Shown: one piece after another, positions 1-12,400 of the stretch
How the letters are laid out: each line of letters begins with the position of its first letter
Numbering within the stretch: position 1 is the stretch's first letter
From: Phyllosticta citribraziliensis
Lineage: Eukaryota
Assembly (NCBI RefSeq): GCF_038025025.1
Contig: NW_027117341.1
Location: 1,922,001-1,986,000 of the forward strand
Length of the DNA: 64,000 nt
Direction of reading: 5' to 3'
Made by a program: the position numbers and the translations under genes
Notes under the pieces: model-generated
Database searches by the model: none
What the model was told of the DNA's origin: nothing
The model's input: only the letters and a program-made list of their open reading frames with translations

Positions 1-524
1 GTGGCACGGCGAGTTCTGTTGGGCCGCGGCTCGAGATGGCAGCAAACATGCACGGCTGCCTGAAGCTTAGCATCCGCACCGACGCCATGAACATCTCGAG
101 CGTATGGACCGGCCTGTCGAACCCTGAGTTGAACCCATCGGCAATTTTGGGCGGCGAGGAAGGCATCGTGGACCACCCCAGTACGCGAATGAGGCAGATG
201 GGCACGGCCGATGGACGCAGCGAAGAAGGCTGGGCCACGGTGCGGATAGATGCAAGAGACTGGGGCAAAGTCATGTCTGTTGGAAGACTGGAGGGGAAGG
301 TCATTGCTTGTGAGTAGTGATCTGCCCAGAAGGACTGGTTTGCAGGCCGCTAACCCGAGACAAACAGGCTTTTGCCATAACCACGCCCTGATTGTATACG
401 TCTATCTGCCAACCGATGACGAGGGGCGGGAAGAGTCCGTATTGACGGTAAGTGCACGCGCAAGTGGTCGGTGCAAGTATGAGCTAAATGAAGGCAGTAT
501 TACATCACTTCCTACAGTGAGTGA
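1..524 (+). CDS. HUS1: 3' part of 9-1-1 checkpoint clamp subunit Hus1 (5' end outside window); introns 310-367 and 448-497
   Basis: Spliced translation ...LEMAANMHGCLKLSIRTDAMNISSVWTGLSNPEL...HPSTRM...WATVRIDARDWGKVMSVGRLEGKVIA|CFCHNHALIVYVYL...ESVLT|YYITSYSE* matches the fungal Hus1 C-terminus. Introns GTGAGT..CTAAC..CAG and GTAAGT..CAG restore the frame. Confidence 0.85.
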
Positions 525-3500
525 AGCAGACCAGCTCAATCTAAAATTGTCCGATGGACCAGGGGGAAAAGGGTTGAAAAATAAAAATGGTCAAGTCGAT
601 AAACAAAGCCACCATTGGGGCGTAATCAACGAGGCGCCGCGGTACCACAAACATGATTTGCATGCACGAATTCCCCGCAGGCCAGTGGAGCTTCCCCCAA
701 TTGGCTTCGAGTATTCGCAGTCTCGTGCAGATGCTCTCTCGGAATGGGCTGAGTGTCTTGGCTAGGAATTGGTGGCTTGGAGAGAGACGAGGGTGGCCGA
801 TCAACACAGGGGACGGATCATCCGGCATTGATTCTGCTCATGGTCTGATGCTCCCGATAGGCTTGAACGGGAAATCAAGGGGCCGCGAGACGATCAGACA
901 ATAGCCACAGCGCGGGCAGCGCCACAGCCGTGCGGCCGCGCAGAGGGCCACTGGAGCGTACAGACGGTTTCAAGGCCAATGATTCAGAGGACGAGAGCAA
1001 TCCGGAAGGCTTCTCGACGCCGCCACCGAACGATACGCCACGAAGCGCCAAGGGGAGTTGCAAAAAAAGAAGACGGGTACTAGTGCGGGTCGCCTTGTTG
1101 ACAAGAGACGCATGGTGTCGTCTTGATGAGCTGGCTCCTGCAGGTCGTCAACGACGGCAAGGCCGAGGAATGGCAAGGCGAAAATGGGAATTGCTTTGTT
1201 CGAAGAAGATGCTGGGAAGGGTGTCACGGGAGCATCTTGGTTCCTGCAGCGGCATGAGCTTTGTACGACGGCGGCCACGGGCAGGGGCTGGCGACGTGTG
1301 CTACGGCAGCATGTTTAGCCAGGCACCGTCGAGTCCAGGACGCGTATTCTAAGTGAAACAGCAAGAGGTTGGACAGAAGGGCCCGAGCTGGCAAGCAGTC
1401 GAGTGGATGGAGAGGTGTGAGAGCCACTGCCAGGGGACGAGGAGCCAAGGCCATGGATCGGGTCGAAAAAACGGCGGTGCAGCAGACTATCGCCTGCACG
1501 CAGCATCAATAATGCACCAAGAATATTGACGAGACCACGCGGCCAGGACATGACGCTGTTTTTTCCAATTACGTTGTGACTCTCGAACAATCGTCGATTT
1601 CAAAGCAGCAGGTCTCTGAGAGAAGCATACGTCAGCAATCGGCTGCCATGTGCCTGGAATGATGCCTGGAGTTGACTCTGCCTTGGAGATGGGGCTTGAT
1701 ATGACTGGACCCTTCTCCGCCATTGGCCGGCGGGCGTTTTCGCAGCGCGAGGCCTCTCGCTCGCCCTTTCGCGCCTCAGCCCTACCGAGCAGGGTATTTT
1801 TAGGAATCCGCTTCTGCTTCTCGCGTCATCCGCAGTCAGTGGCCCGTCAGTCAGTCAGTCAAACACCCAAACCCGACACGCACACACGCACGACCCGCCG
1901 CAGTGGCCGTTCCGTCGCATCGCATGCTTCCCAAACCCCCCTCCTGGGTCCTTTGCAGTGCGAGCGCAGGAACTCGCCCGTGTCGTTGTGAAGAATGCAT
2001 GCAGCCCTGTGTCCATTTGGCTCGAGGTCCGCGACGAGCTGATGTTGGTCCACCTTGGTCTATCTTGAGCGACGAGATTCCGACCGGCTCAGCACCTCAG
2101 GGATCAATCGGATGGAAGCGCCAGCACAACGGTGCCGGCACGGCAGTGGGGGACTCGAGATGGAGCATTCGTGCTCCTGCAACCTCGCAACGTGCTGGCC
2201 TGCTACCTAGGCAGGCTGACGACGAAGCCGCGCGCGGGCACTGGCAGCGAGGGCCCGCGATAAGGTGCTGACATTGTCATTATTTTCGGCTTCCCGGGGA
2301 CCTTGGATGACTGTGCTGGCTGCTGATGACAGCGACCTACTTCTTTGGCCGTTGCAGCGTCATGCTCTCGACTCAAAGAGGAAACGGAATGAGAGGTCGA
2401 GAAACTGGTTGCGAGGCTGAAGCCTGCGCCCCATGTCTGGAGTCCCTTGCTTCAGTCGTTTGTCAACGCCGTACAGTACCTGCAGTCCCGATGCTTTCGC
2501 CGTCGGGTTGTGCCACTTCGCAAGCTGCCGACTCGGTGCCCGCAAGAAGCGAATGCCACCTCGCCCCCTCGACCTCCATTTCGTCCCCGGGCCGCCTGTC
2601 AGCTGCTGCTTGTTCTGCCTTGTTGCGGCGTCCAAAGGCAGAGACCGCCATCTCGGCACATTATGGATGACCCCGTCGCGGCGATGATGGCGGCCGTTGA
2701 CAACAGCCTGTCCTGCCTGGTCAACACGCAACCTTTTGTTCCATCCCCTCCGCTTCTCCATCGCGTCACCTTTCACCCACCCTCGCACGTAGCCACGGCA
2801 TGCAGCGGCTGTGGCTTGCAGCAGCTGGGTCGACTCCATGTCCATGGTAGCACCCTCGTCTCTTCTCGTTTATTTTTTCCCTCCCTCTCCTCCCTTTCCC
2901 ATGCCCGGGCAATGCATGATATGGCTGTGTATGGTATGCAGGCAGGCAGGCAGCCTCACACGACGCACGCACGCACGGTACGGTACGGCGCCCCTCTATC
3001 CATCGCTCCATCCACACCTTATTCTCCCTTTCGTTTTCGCCTCGTTTTGCACGACGCAAAAGGGGTTATTCTTTCTCTGACCCGACACGGACAAGCACGG
3101 ACGGATGGACGCGACAGAGGTGGGAGTGAGAACACCTGGACCGTGCCATCCTTTCGCAATGCGATGCGCGTCCAGGGAGCATCTCTCCAGCTTGCCCGCG
3201 CATGCCAGACAGGCAACGAATTGCTCTCAATTACGATGCCAACATCATCACCGCAACCTACCATCAGCACAATCATCATTTTCCAGCCACCTGAACCACA
3301 GGGCCCCTGCGACGCATCGTGGCGCCCCATGCGATAGGCACCGTGACGCAGTCGCAGGGTCCGGGGTCCAAAAGATTTATTTTCTTTGCTCTCCGTTTCG
3401 TTTTCGCTGCTCGCTCTTACACTGCCCTGCCCCGTGCCCTCCCACGTTATGACTAGACTGGTCCTACCTACATACCACCCACCTGCGGCAGGACTATTCT

Positions 3501-3811
3501 TTGATCTGCACCCGGGGAGCCGGTAACCGGCCACACTCTGGCTTGCTTGGTTCCTGGAATACTGCTGCGCATTGGACGGTGTTCCATGAGCCATGTGGTG
3601 GAGGTGGTGGAAGAGGCGGAGGAGCAGCTGGAGCTGGAAACTAGCTGCTGCGGTAATGACCTGTCTTGTGTTTCTATTCCGCTTCTGTACAGCTGCCATC
3701 TGGGGGCTTCTTTTCGTCTTCCCGTCACTTTCTGTTTCTCTTCCCTTCTCTCACTCATATCCTCTCTGTGCTGCCATGTATGTGGGTGGCCTCTGGATTT
3801 AGGCAGAGATC

Positions 3812-3819
3812 ATATAAGT
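3812..3819 (+). promoter_or_regulatory. Putative TATA box for the small GRGGYN-repeat gene
   Basis: ATATAAGT is followed by a C/A-rich leader with no ATG until 4427. Confidence 0.45.
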
Positions 3820-4426
3820 ATCTGGAAAGTCTCCACCACTGTCGACTCATCCATTCCACCATCCCATCCCATCTACCCATCAATCATCCAAGGCATTAAT
3901 CAGTAACCACAAACCACACCGCCGGCTTGTTCTTCTTCTTCCTTTTGCTGGACACCTCCTACCGCTCAACTTTTACAACCAACAACCAACAGCCAACAGC
4001 CAACGCTACTGGCCTAATACCAACAAGCCACGCACACTACACGACTACTTGAACGCATCCCATCTGGTCTAATTTCCTCGCCAATTCAAATCACTCCAAT
4101 TCAATTCAACTTCGCCATTGCTCTCCGTCTCGTCAAACATCCAAACCACACACGCAAAGCCACCCCCACCGCCCCTCAACCTGCGTCTCTGCAGCAAGCA
4201 GATACGCCGACCAGCCTCCACACCACACATACATACGCAAGCGAGAGCAATCCTCCCGTCCACCCGTCCCGTCTGAGTGAGGCGGGCCTACACGTACGAG
4301 CCACGGCAAGACCGACCCAAACACGAGCACAGAGTCACCGCTCGCCTATCCGTCAGCCAGTCCGTCATAAGACTACGCCACACCAACCAACACGCACACC
4401 CGCCAACCACACGACTCACGACCAAA

Positions 4427-4579
4427 ATGGGCCGCGGCGGCTACAACAACCCCAGCTCCACCTCGTCACCGCTCTTCTCGTCCATGCTCGCCTTCCTGGC
4501 ATCTGCATCCGCAGGCCGCGGCGGCTACAACGTCACAATGGCTCTGGACGCTGCGGCGGGGAGGGGCGGGTATAACTAG
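4427..4579 (+). CDS. 50-aa micropeptide with three GRGGYN motifs, function unknown
   Basis: MGRGGYNNPSSTSSPLFSSMLAFLASASAGRGGYNVTMALDAAAGRGGYN*. The start context is CAAAATGG and it is the first ATG after the TATA box. The third repeat uses different synonymous codons. Confidence 0.65.
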   Translation: MGRGGYNNPSSTSSPLFSSMLAFLASASAGRGGYNVTMALDAAAGRGGYN

Positions 4580-5248
4580 ACTATACGCGCTCCTCTTCCT
4601 TCTTCTTCTTCCTCCTTCCAGCGTTTCATCTGCGGCAGCTGGCTAGCTGCCGAGCTATCTCGTCTCGTCCCATCTCCTCCCTGTTCTCTAATCCCGTCAC
4701 GCGCCCGATGTATTGGTGTACGATTATGACTTGGAGTTTTCGTTCTGTTTTGTTCTGACTTGTCTTTTGGCGTTGCTTGCTTGCCTGCATAGCGACGGTA
4801 CAGCGAACGGACGGCGTTCATGCTCATCCTTTCCTCTCTATCTCCATTCCACCTTCTTGTTTCATCTCCCTCTTGGAACGAATGGCGTTCGAATATAGAC
4901 ACGGCACGGCGCGCGCGGCGACGCAACGACGCGATGGGATGATACCACGGACGGACGGACGGCGTTTTTGACTTGTTTTTGGGTCTGTTTTGCGCGTCCC
5001 TCCCCTCGACTTTGTTATTCTAGACAGCGTCTGGTTCTTGAGATGGTGGTGTAAGGCATCGCAACGGATCACTTCGCACAAAAATCGAAAATCTCTCATA
5101 CCATTGACTTTTCCATGGCAGCTAGTTCGCATGTGCTGCTCGATTCGCTACTCAATTTAATCCATCCAGGCGAGTCAAACACATTCTGTGGACACCGCCG
5201 CCGCCTCCGTCGTTGCTCACTGCAGCACCCCACACGCCAATTCTGCCG

Positions 5249-6255
5249 TCAACCTCCAAAGTAAGAGACAGTGACCTTGCCAGGGTCAACACGGGGAAGC
5301 AGTTTCGGAGCGTGATTAACGACGATGCCATCTTGCGGACCAAAGGTCTGGCCATCGCTCGACTTAGCGACAGCATCAGTCAAGGTGAAAGAAGCGTCGA
5401 GCGGCACGGTGTATTTATTAGTCCTGGTATCAATGTACCTCTCGACAATCCACTCGGCATTTTTGCCGCTCAGGACAGAAGCCTGATCGACAGCCTTGAG
5501 AGTCCTGGCGAAAGTCTTCTTCGTGGTTTCATTTTCAATCGTGACGACGCCGACGGTGCCGCCGGCCGACGTCTCGATGCGGAACGAAAGGACGTCGCCG
5601 ATGCGGACTGGGAAGCCCGAAAAAAGGACCATGGCGGTGGGATCCTGCGGAATCCACTTGACGTCTGCTTGTCAGTGCCTTTTTGAGTTGTTTAGGGGTG
5701 GGGTGGGGACTGAGCTCGCTCGAGATATTTTTTTCTTTTTCTTTTTACCTCGTAGAAGGCTTGGATGAGTAGTTTGCCTTGCGCATCTATTTCCATCAAG
5801 ACGCCACACTGGAGGATGGTATTGGTTGAATACCCGTTAATCCCGACCCAGGCCGAGAGACTTATTTTGAGCAAAAGAACTGTCACCATGGTTCAAAGTC
5901 TTCATGGACTAAAAGCGAGAGAGGGGCGGATATACCCGATTGTAGTCCCAGGCTTCGGGGTTTCACCTTTCGGGATGACGGCATTTGGAACGGTGAGCTT
6001 CGCCGAGACGTAGTTGTAAAAGGCAGCCGGAACGTTGTAGACGCTGCTCGGAGGAGGCCTTGGAAGGACGCCGCCAGACCATGGATTAAATGCAGGAAAG
6101 AAATCGTCAGGTGGTTTGGTGGGATTTTTGATGCCGCCCTCGGCGAGCTCCTCGAGTTGGAGGTTGGCGTTCTGGTCTCCGGGGTTCTTCTGGGAAAGCG
6201 CAGCTCGGACCGTAGTGACCGAGAGGAAGGCGGTGAAAAGGGCAGCGAAATGCAT
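5249..6255 (-). CDS. Secreted glutamic peptidase, family G1 (Peptidase_A4/eqolisin-like), paralog 1; introns 5861-5935 and 5657-5748
   Basis: Signal peptide MHFAALFTAFLSVTTVRA; WSGG; LSAWVGING..ILQCGV (catalytic Gln); AFYE|WIP; NAEWIVE (catalytic Glu). Both introns are canonical and restore the frame. Confidence 0.88.
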
Positions 6256-7134
6256 CCTGAGAATGTATGACGGTGTGAAAGAGACAGAATTGATCGCTAG
6301 ATAATTTTGCTGTCATACTGTCTAGCTGCTCTATATACGCCGGCTGACCGGCTTGGACAGAAGAAGGGTGTGCGCACATTGGGAAGTGCGAGCGAAATTG
6401 CGAAAGATTGCTGATGGAACCCAAATGATATTAGAGACGTGGCGCTGACTTTTGGCGACAGAGCTAGGGCGCTCATGTTTAGTGTTCTAGAAAAGATGAT
6501 TTTGAGTGGAGCGGAGCGGAGCGGAGTGAAGCGGAGTCGAGGTATTATGGTCTTACTTTTTAGTTGGATACCCAAGATTTTGCCAAGATCTGGCGTGTAG
6601 CTAAATCACCATCCAGAGAAATATTCTACCATCACAAAATGTTCAGGCACTAAGGCACTAACCCTACCTGCCACTACGAAGGTTACTTCTCTACTGAAAA
6701 TTCTACTCAGTTCGCGACTCAATCCTCCGCTCCCTCCGCCAGGATCTCTTTATTTATGCTGTCTCCGACTGTCGGCGCTTAGGCGATTAGGCGATTTCGC
6801 TGAAGTCACGATTGAACTGGGAGAGAAAATTAGCCAAAGAAGGGGCGCGGAATTAACCATCGCCTTATTTTTCGGCCAGAACTTAAAGGCTTATTTTTAC
6901 GCTTGCTCGCATTCGTATCTTCTCCCGACCCTACGCCACACTTCTTGGATCAACCGCTCTAGCGAGGCCGACGAAGAGGAGGAATAGGTGAGCATGAGGC
7001 ATACACGCTGCATTATTGATCCACTTGACAACGCAGGCAGGAAACGGAGGAGATGAACAGACAGGAGTAGTGCGGTACTTGATGGGTACCTGGGTCCGGA
7101 GGAAGTGCCATCATACGGCTGCCCGACCACTAAA

Positions 7135-8615
7135 CTACAGCAACGCCTTGACTGCCGGCGCTCTACCTTCCTCGCTCGCCTCTCCCCCCTCCCTCCCCCT
7201 CCCCTTCCCCAACCCCAAAAGCCTCCCCGCCACCTTACGCATCAACACCTGCTCCGCGCCCTCCGTAATGCGATACCTGCGATGATGGCGCCAGATATGC
7301 TCAAACGGCTCATGGCGGCTATACCCCCTGGCGCCAAAGACCTGAATGGCAACATCCGCCGCGCGGCACACGAGGCGATTCGCCCAGACGTTGCAGATGG
7401 CCACGTCGGCGCCGACGTCGCGCTCGATGCGCGCCCAGTCGCCGCTGCACGCGTCCATGCGGCGCGCCGTGGCGCGGATGAGCAGCCGTAAGGCGCGGAT
7501 TTGCGCGTGCTGGCTGACCAGCGGAAAGGAGATGGCTTGGTTGGTGCCGAGGGGTGCGCCGAAGGGGGCGCGGTGTTGGGCGTGCGTGAGGCTGCGTGTG
7601 AGGCAGTAGGAGGCCGCGCCGAGGGAGGAGGCGGCTTGGCGGATGCGGTTTTCGTGGACGAAGGTTTGCGCGAGGAGGAGGCCGTGGTGGAGGGGGCCGA
7701 GGAGGGCGGAGCGGGGAACGAAGACGTCGGTGAAGGAGACGGTGGCGTGGTCGGTGGGCATGTTGAGCGTCCTGTTGGAGCGAGCGTGAGTGGATGGGTG
7801 GGTTTGTCCGGGGGAGCGTCAGGGGGAAGGGGGATGGGGGAGACGTACCACTCGTAGCTCTCGACCTTCACCCCCTCTGCGTTTGCCGGGACGACAAAAC
7901 AGCTGATGCCCCCCTTATCCCCGTCCGCGCCGTCCGTCCGCGCAAACACCAAACAATGCGTCGCGTGGTGCATCCCCGTCTGCCACATCTTCCTGCCAGC
8001 AACCCTCCACCCCTCCACACCGTCTCTAACCTCCGGCCTCGCCCTCGTCTCCATCCACGTCGCATCGCTCCCATGCGCCGGCTCCGTCAAGCCAAACGTG
8101 CAGCGCACCTCCCCCCGCAACCTGCCCCCAACCAACTCTTCCCTCTGCGCCGCGCTGCCAAACGCCAGCACCATGGCCACGTCCGGGAAGTTGCCGACGA
8201 CGCTGTGCTCGTTCTGCAGGTCGTTGAATAGCCCCAGCCCCTTGGCTGCCAGGTGCTCGCGGATCACGGCCATGTCGAGGTTGCTGCCGGCGCGCCCGCC
8301 CAGCGCGCGCGGCAGGCTGTAGCGCCAGAAGCCCGCCGCGTCGGCGCGCCGCACCGCCTCGGCCAGCAGCGCCTCCCACGCCGCGTTGGGCAGCCCGTTG
8401 CGCGAGAAGTCGGTGCGCGACGGCTCGCGCCGGTGGTCGAAGAAGCGCGCGTTGTCGTCGGCCGCTTGCAGTGGCGTGATGGTGCGCGCGATGAAGGCGT
8501 CGAGGTCGTCGAGGAAGCTGGGGAGGTGCGGGGGCAGGTCGTCGGTTGGAGTCGTGGGTGTGATTGGTGCTGGAGAGGGTAATGAGGCATCGGGGGAGGA
8601 TGGTGGTGGCGCCAT
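7135..8615 (-). CDS. Acyl-CoA dehydrogenase; intron 7772-7848
   Basis: Motifs TFGLTEPAHGSDA, GRKMWQTG, YEW|TLNMPTDHA, AIQVFGARGYSRHEPFEHIWRHHRRYRITEGAEQV. The GTACGT..CAG intron joins ORFs 7242-8630 and 7135-7761. Confidence 0.92.
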
Positions 8616-9454
8616 GACGACGAAAGACAACTAGGCTAGTTTTTCAGACTCGCAGAAGCGTTCAGACAGAAAGGAAGGTTTTGAAAATGCTCGCTCGATC
8701 TACATATACCACCATCGCGACGGCCTACGTGAGCTGTTAAATCCGGAGTGGTGTCGTAGAACGGTGCGGTGCGGGGATGTCCGAGGTAACAGTCGACCGA
8801 ACAGTTAGCGCCCGCCTCGTGGAGGGAGTGGAGTCTGGGGAAAGCTCCAGCACGGGCCCGCGGCCGTAGGGCTGACAGACGTCATTATTGGCGGCGCAGT
8901 CCAGTCGACCTCACCGTACCAACCCTGGACGACGTGAAAGTCTGCACAAAGAAAATTAATTACTGTATCGCGCCGCCTACTCGCTGTACAATGCTTGCTG
9001 CTGCCCATGACCCATCCCAACTATGCACTTCAATCATTAGCCTTCCAGCCCCACCAAACGTCCCATGCGACAACCACCCATGGAGAGAAAGGAAAAAATA
9101 AACGAGGGAGAAGCCACCCATGGTGTCCACTTTCAACGATCCGAATGCGACTATCACGTACAAAGCTGGCCTGCCTGACCAGCCACCCGTCGCCAAGGGA
9201 CTCGACTCACCAGATGGTTGTTGTCCCTCAAAGAAAAGGAAAAAGTAGTTGCAAGAAGAAAAGGTCGCGGTCAGAGGACCAGTACTCCGGATCCTTTGCC
9301 AAGGTCCGGGGGATCAGTGAGATTAGAGTTGAACTAGTCAACGGCTGAGAATAGAGCGAGGGGAAGAGGGAGTCGAAGATTGTCGGTCCATCATGCAGCC
9401 GGGGCGACCCAGGCCCGTCGCATATGCTCATGCCAATCCACCACGTCTGTCTGG

Positions 9455-12400
9455 CTACTCGCGTGACTTGGACGAGAGGAACTCCACGGCCTATACGCAA
9501 CACACACAGATCAGCCCTCCGTCTCGTCATCCATCATAAGTCGTCATCGTCGTCATCTTGTTTCCTCCTATTTCCATAAATGTCTTTTCGTTCCATCTTC
9601 AAGTCTGCCATGCTAAAAACCATGCGCTTGCGCCGCCGGAGTCTTCCACGTACCTTGTTGATGTCGTAATCGTACTTTTCCAGCGCCGCCAGTGCCTCTG
9701 CCCGCGGGTATCCCATGCTAGTCAGGTTCTTCAAGATTGGATCGTCGTGCTCGGTGCCCGCGCTCAACGCCCGACCTAGCTCTGGCTTTTTTGGAGGCTC
9801 AAGGCTAGAGCCTTGGTCGGCGATGATCGGAGAGGCAGTTTCTTGTGGCCCCGCCGACGTCGGTGCTGGCTGGCTGTCTGAAAGCCCGCTGAAGATGGCG
9901 TCCCAGTCATGGCCACTCGCGGCAGTGCTCTGAGCCGCCGGCTTGGAGCTTGCAAAACTTTGAGTGAGGTGCTCAAAGTCGGAGAAGGAATCCTCGCCAG
10001 TCCTCTGGCTCGAATTCGGGAGCGTTGGCGTGGCCTGGCTGGCAACCGTGTTGCTCTTGCTGGCCGCCGGCGAGTCAAAAACAGGGTTGAATTCATCAGC
10101 ACCCTCGTGGTGTTGCGGGGAGAAAATGTCGTCATCATCCTGGTTTCCAGTCGCATCCTTTGCTTCGGCAAGATCGTCAAAGCCGGCGTCAAAGTCGTCG
10201 TCAAAGGCAGACTTGGACGGCTGCTGCGCCGGCTGCGCGTGATTGTTGACGGGCGAAGTCGTCTTCTCAGTCGACGGATACGACTGAGCCGACTGGTAAG
10301 CGTCCGAAGGAACTGTGGAAGAGGACGGCGTGTTAGCATTGGAGCCTGAGGAAAATTGCCCCGCCGGTGCCTTTCCAGCGGCGCTCGACCCGCCAAACAG
10401 CGTCTGGCCTTGGGTCAGAGTCGGCGAGGGAATGGCCTTATCAGAAGACTCATGAGAAGCCGTGGGATCCTGACGCGAAGGCAGCAGCCCGTCAAACTCC
10501 GGAGGGAACTGGTCAGAGCCCCTGGCGCCATTAAGGCTGCCAGTAGTCTGCTCGTAGCTCGGAGGAGGCTGTTGCGCATTCGGCGTGGGCAGGTCACCAG
10601 CGTTGCGAGAGAGGTCAAGGTCCTTACCTTCATTCGCAGCACCAGTGGCCGTGCCCGGCCGCGACTCGTGGCGAGCTTGCTGCGGGGATGCTGGGGCAAA
10701 ATCGTCTTCGAAACCGCGCTCACTTGCAGAATCGCTATCCTCATCAACGCCCAGGTTCTCAATCGGAGGAAATTCCTTGTTGAATTTGGAGGCCGAATCG
10801 ACTGATCCGTTCAACGAAGAGCCTGTGTGTTGCTTCTCCTGGAACTGGCGACCGGATCCAAAGCCGGCAAAGGCTGCATCAAAATCGCTCTTAGCAGTAC
10901 CAGTCCGAGACGGCCCACTGAACGACGCTGCAAAGCTGTTCTTGCTGGCCTGGCTCTGGCCCGTCGTCTCTGGCTGGATCGGTGTCGCCGTCTCTGGAAA
11001 GGCGCCTGGCATGTCAGCCGCTTCGGGGGCAGCGAAAGACTGAAAGGTAGCCTTACGCTCCTCGTTGCTCGCGGACCTGGCCGCGTCGCTGCTGTGGCTA
11101 ACGGCCGGGGAAAGCGAGCGCTGAAAGGGCGAGGGACCGAGTTCGGAACGCTGCGTATCTGTCCTGTCGAGAGCCTTGGGTTCACCTGCGGAAGCTGAAG
11201 ATCCCGGCGCGTTAGTCGGAGTCTGAACACCATTGCCACCATATCTGCTCGCCGGCGCCGAGGCCTTGACCGAGGAGCTAAAGGAGCCCTGCCGGCCGCT
11301 ACCGTCGCGGATGGGCAGGATGCTGGAGGAGAATTGACGGGACTCGGGAGGCGCAGGGGGCTCGGCGGCACGCGGCGACTCGTGGTAGGATGAGAGAGGC
11401 GGGGACGTGGATGGGGTAGGCACACCTGGTTCCGAAGATTGCACTGATGGACCGGACGGCACGGAAAAGGCCGGGATGTTCGACTCGGCCTTGGAAAAGG
11501 AAGTTGTTGGCGGCGGTCCAGTAGGTTGTTGGCTTCCAAGAGCAGGACCGAAGAAGTTGTCAAAGCTGGACTGAGCATTGTCGCGAGAAAAGCCCGAAGG
11601 AGACATGGCGTTTTCAGCCTGCGGTGCCGGTGACCTCCTAAAAAACGGGTTAGTGTTGTGAGAAGCGTTTGAAGGTGCAGGGCTGGCGGCAGCCGCTGCA
11701 GATCCAGGACGAGCGTCTGACGGGCTTTGCGAGCCTTCCTTCCTCAACTCATTCATCTCAGTCTTGATCTTGTCACGCTCTCCCTCGTTTGTGGCCAGCT
11801 GCTTTTTGCCAATGGCGACCATGCCCCTCTGCTGGCGGGCCTCTGACCGCATCTTGTCGAGCTGAGGACGCAGCTGAGCAATCTCCGCGTTGGTCTGCCT
11901 GATGCGCTCCTTAAGACTGGCATTCTCTTGTTGGTCGGCATTCAAAGCAGTAGCCACCTGCTGGTGCTGCGTCTGAAGATCTTGATAGTTGCCCTCGAGC
12001 ATGGCCAATTCTTGCTGCAGCTTGCGCGTCTCATTGCGCGATGCATTGAGCTTCTCCTCCAGCTGCTTGACCGTCTGAACCTCGGCCTCAAACTGCGTCC
12101 TGAACTGCGACAAACGAGACTCGAGATCACGCTTTTGCGCAGCCGTATTGTTGAGATCGTTCTCGGTAGTGGTCTTCTTGTTGTTGACCTCTTGCATTTG
12201 GTTGCGCAGTGTGCTAATCTGGTTGGACATGTTGCCCAATTCAACACTGTCGTCAGAAATCTTTTTGCTCTCGCCCTGCTCATCTCCAAGCAAGTCATCC
12301 ATGGCAGAAGACTGTTGAGGGGGTGGTGGACTGCGCCCTTGAGAGCCTCCGGTGCCTTGAGTAGTGAGCGTCTGTCCGAATGACGAGGACGGGACAAAGG

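Noticed and set aside
2447..3699. 296-aa (+) and 226-aa (-) ORFs in the large intergenic region
   Set aside because: They run through microsatellite-like low-complexity DNA, with no coding bias or domain signature.
6658..6666. CTAACCCTA, resembling a telomerase RNA template
   Set aside because: A few such 9-mers are expected by chance in 64 kb, the intergenic gap is under 1 kb, and I see no supporting structure.
9534..9653. ORF-track C-terminus of Ede1 (VRGRLRRRKR...DDDDDDL)
   Set aside because: Read-through into intron 9491-9653; the real last exon completes the UBA helix.
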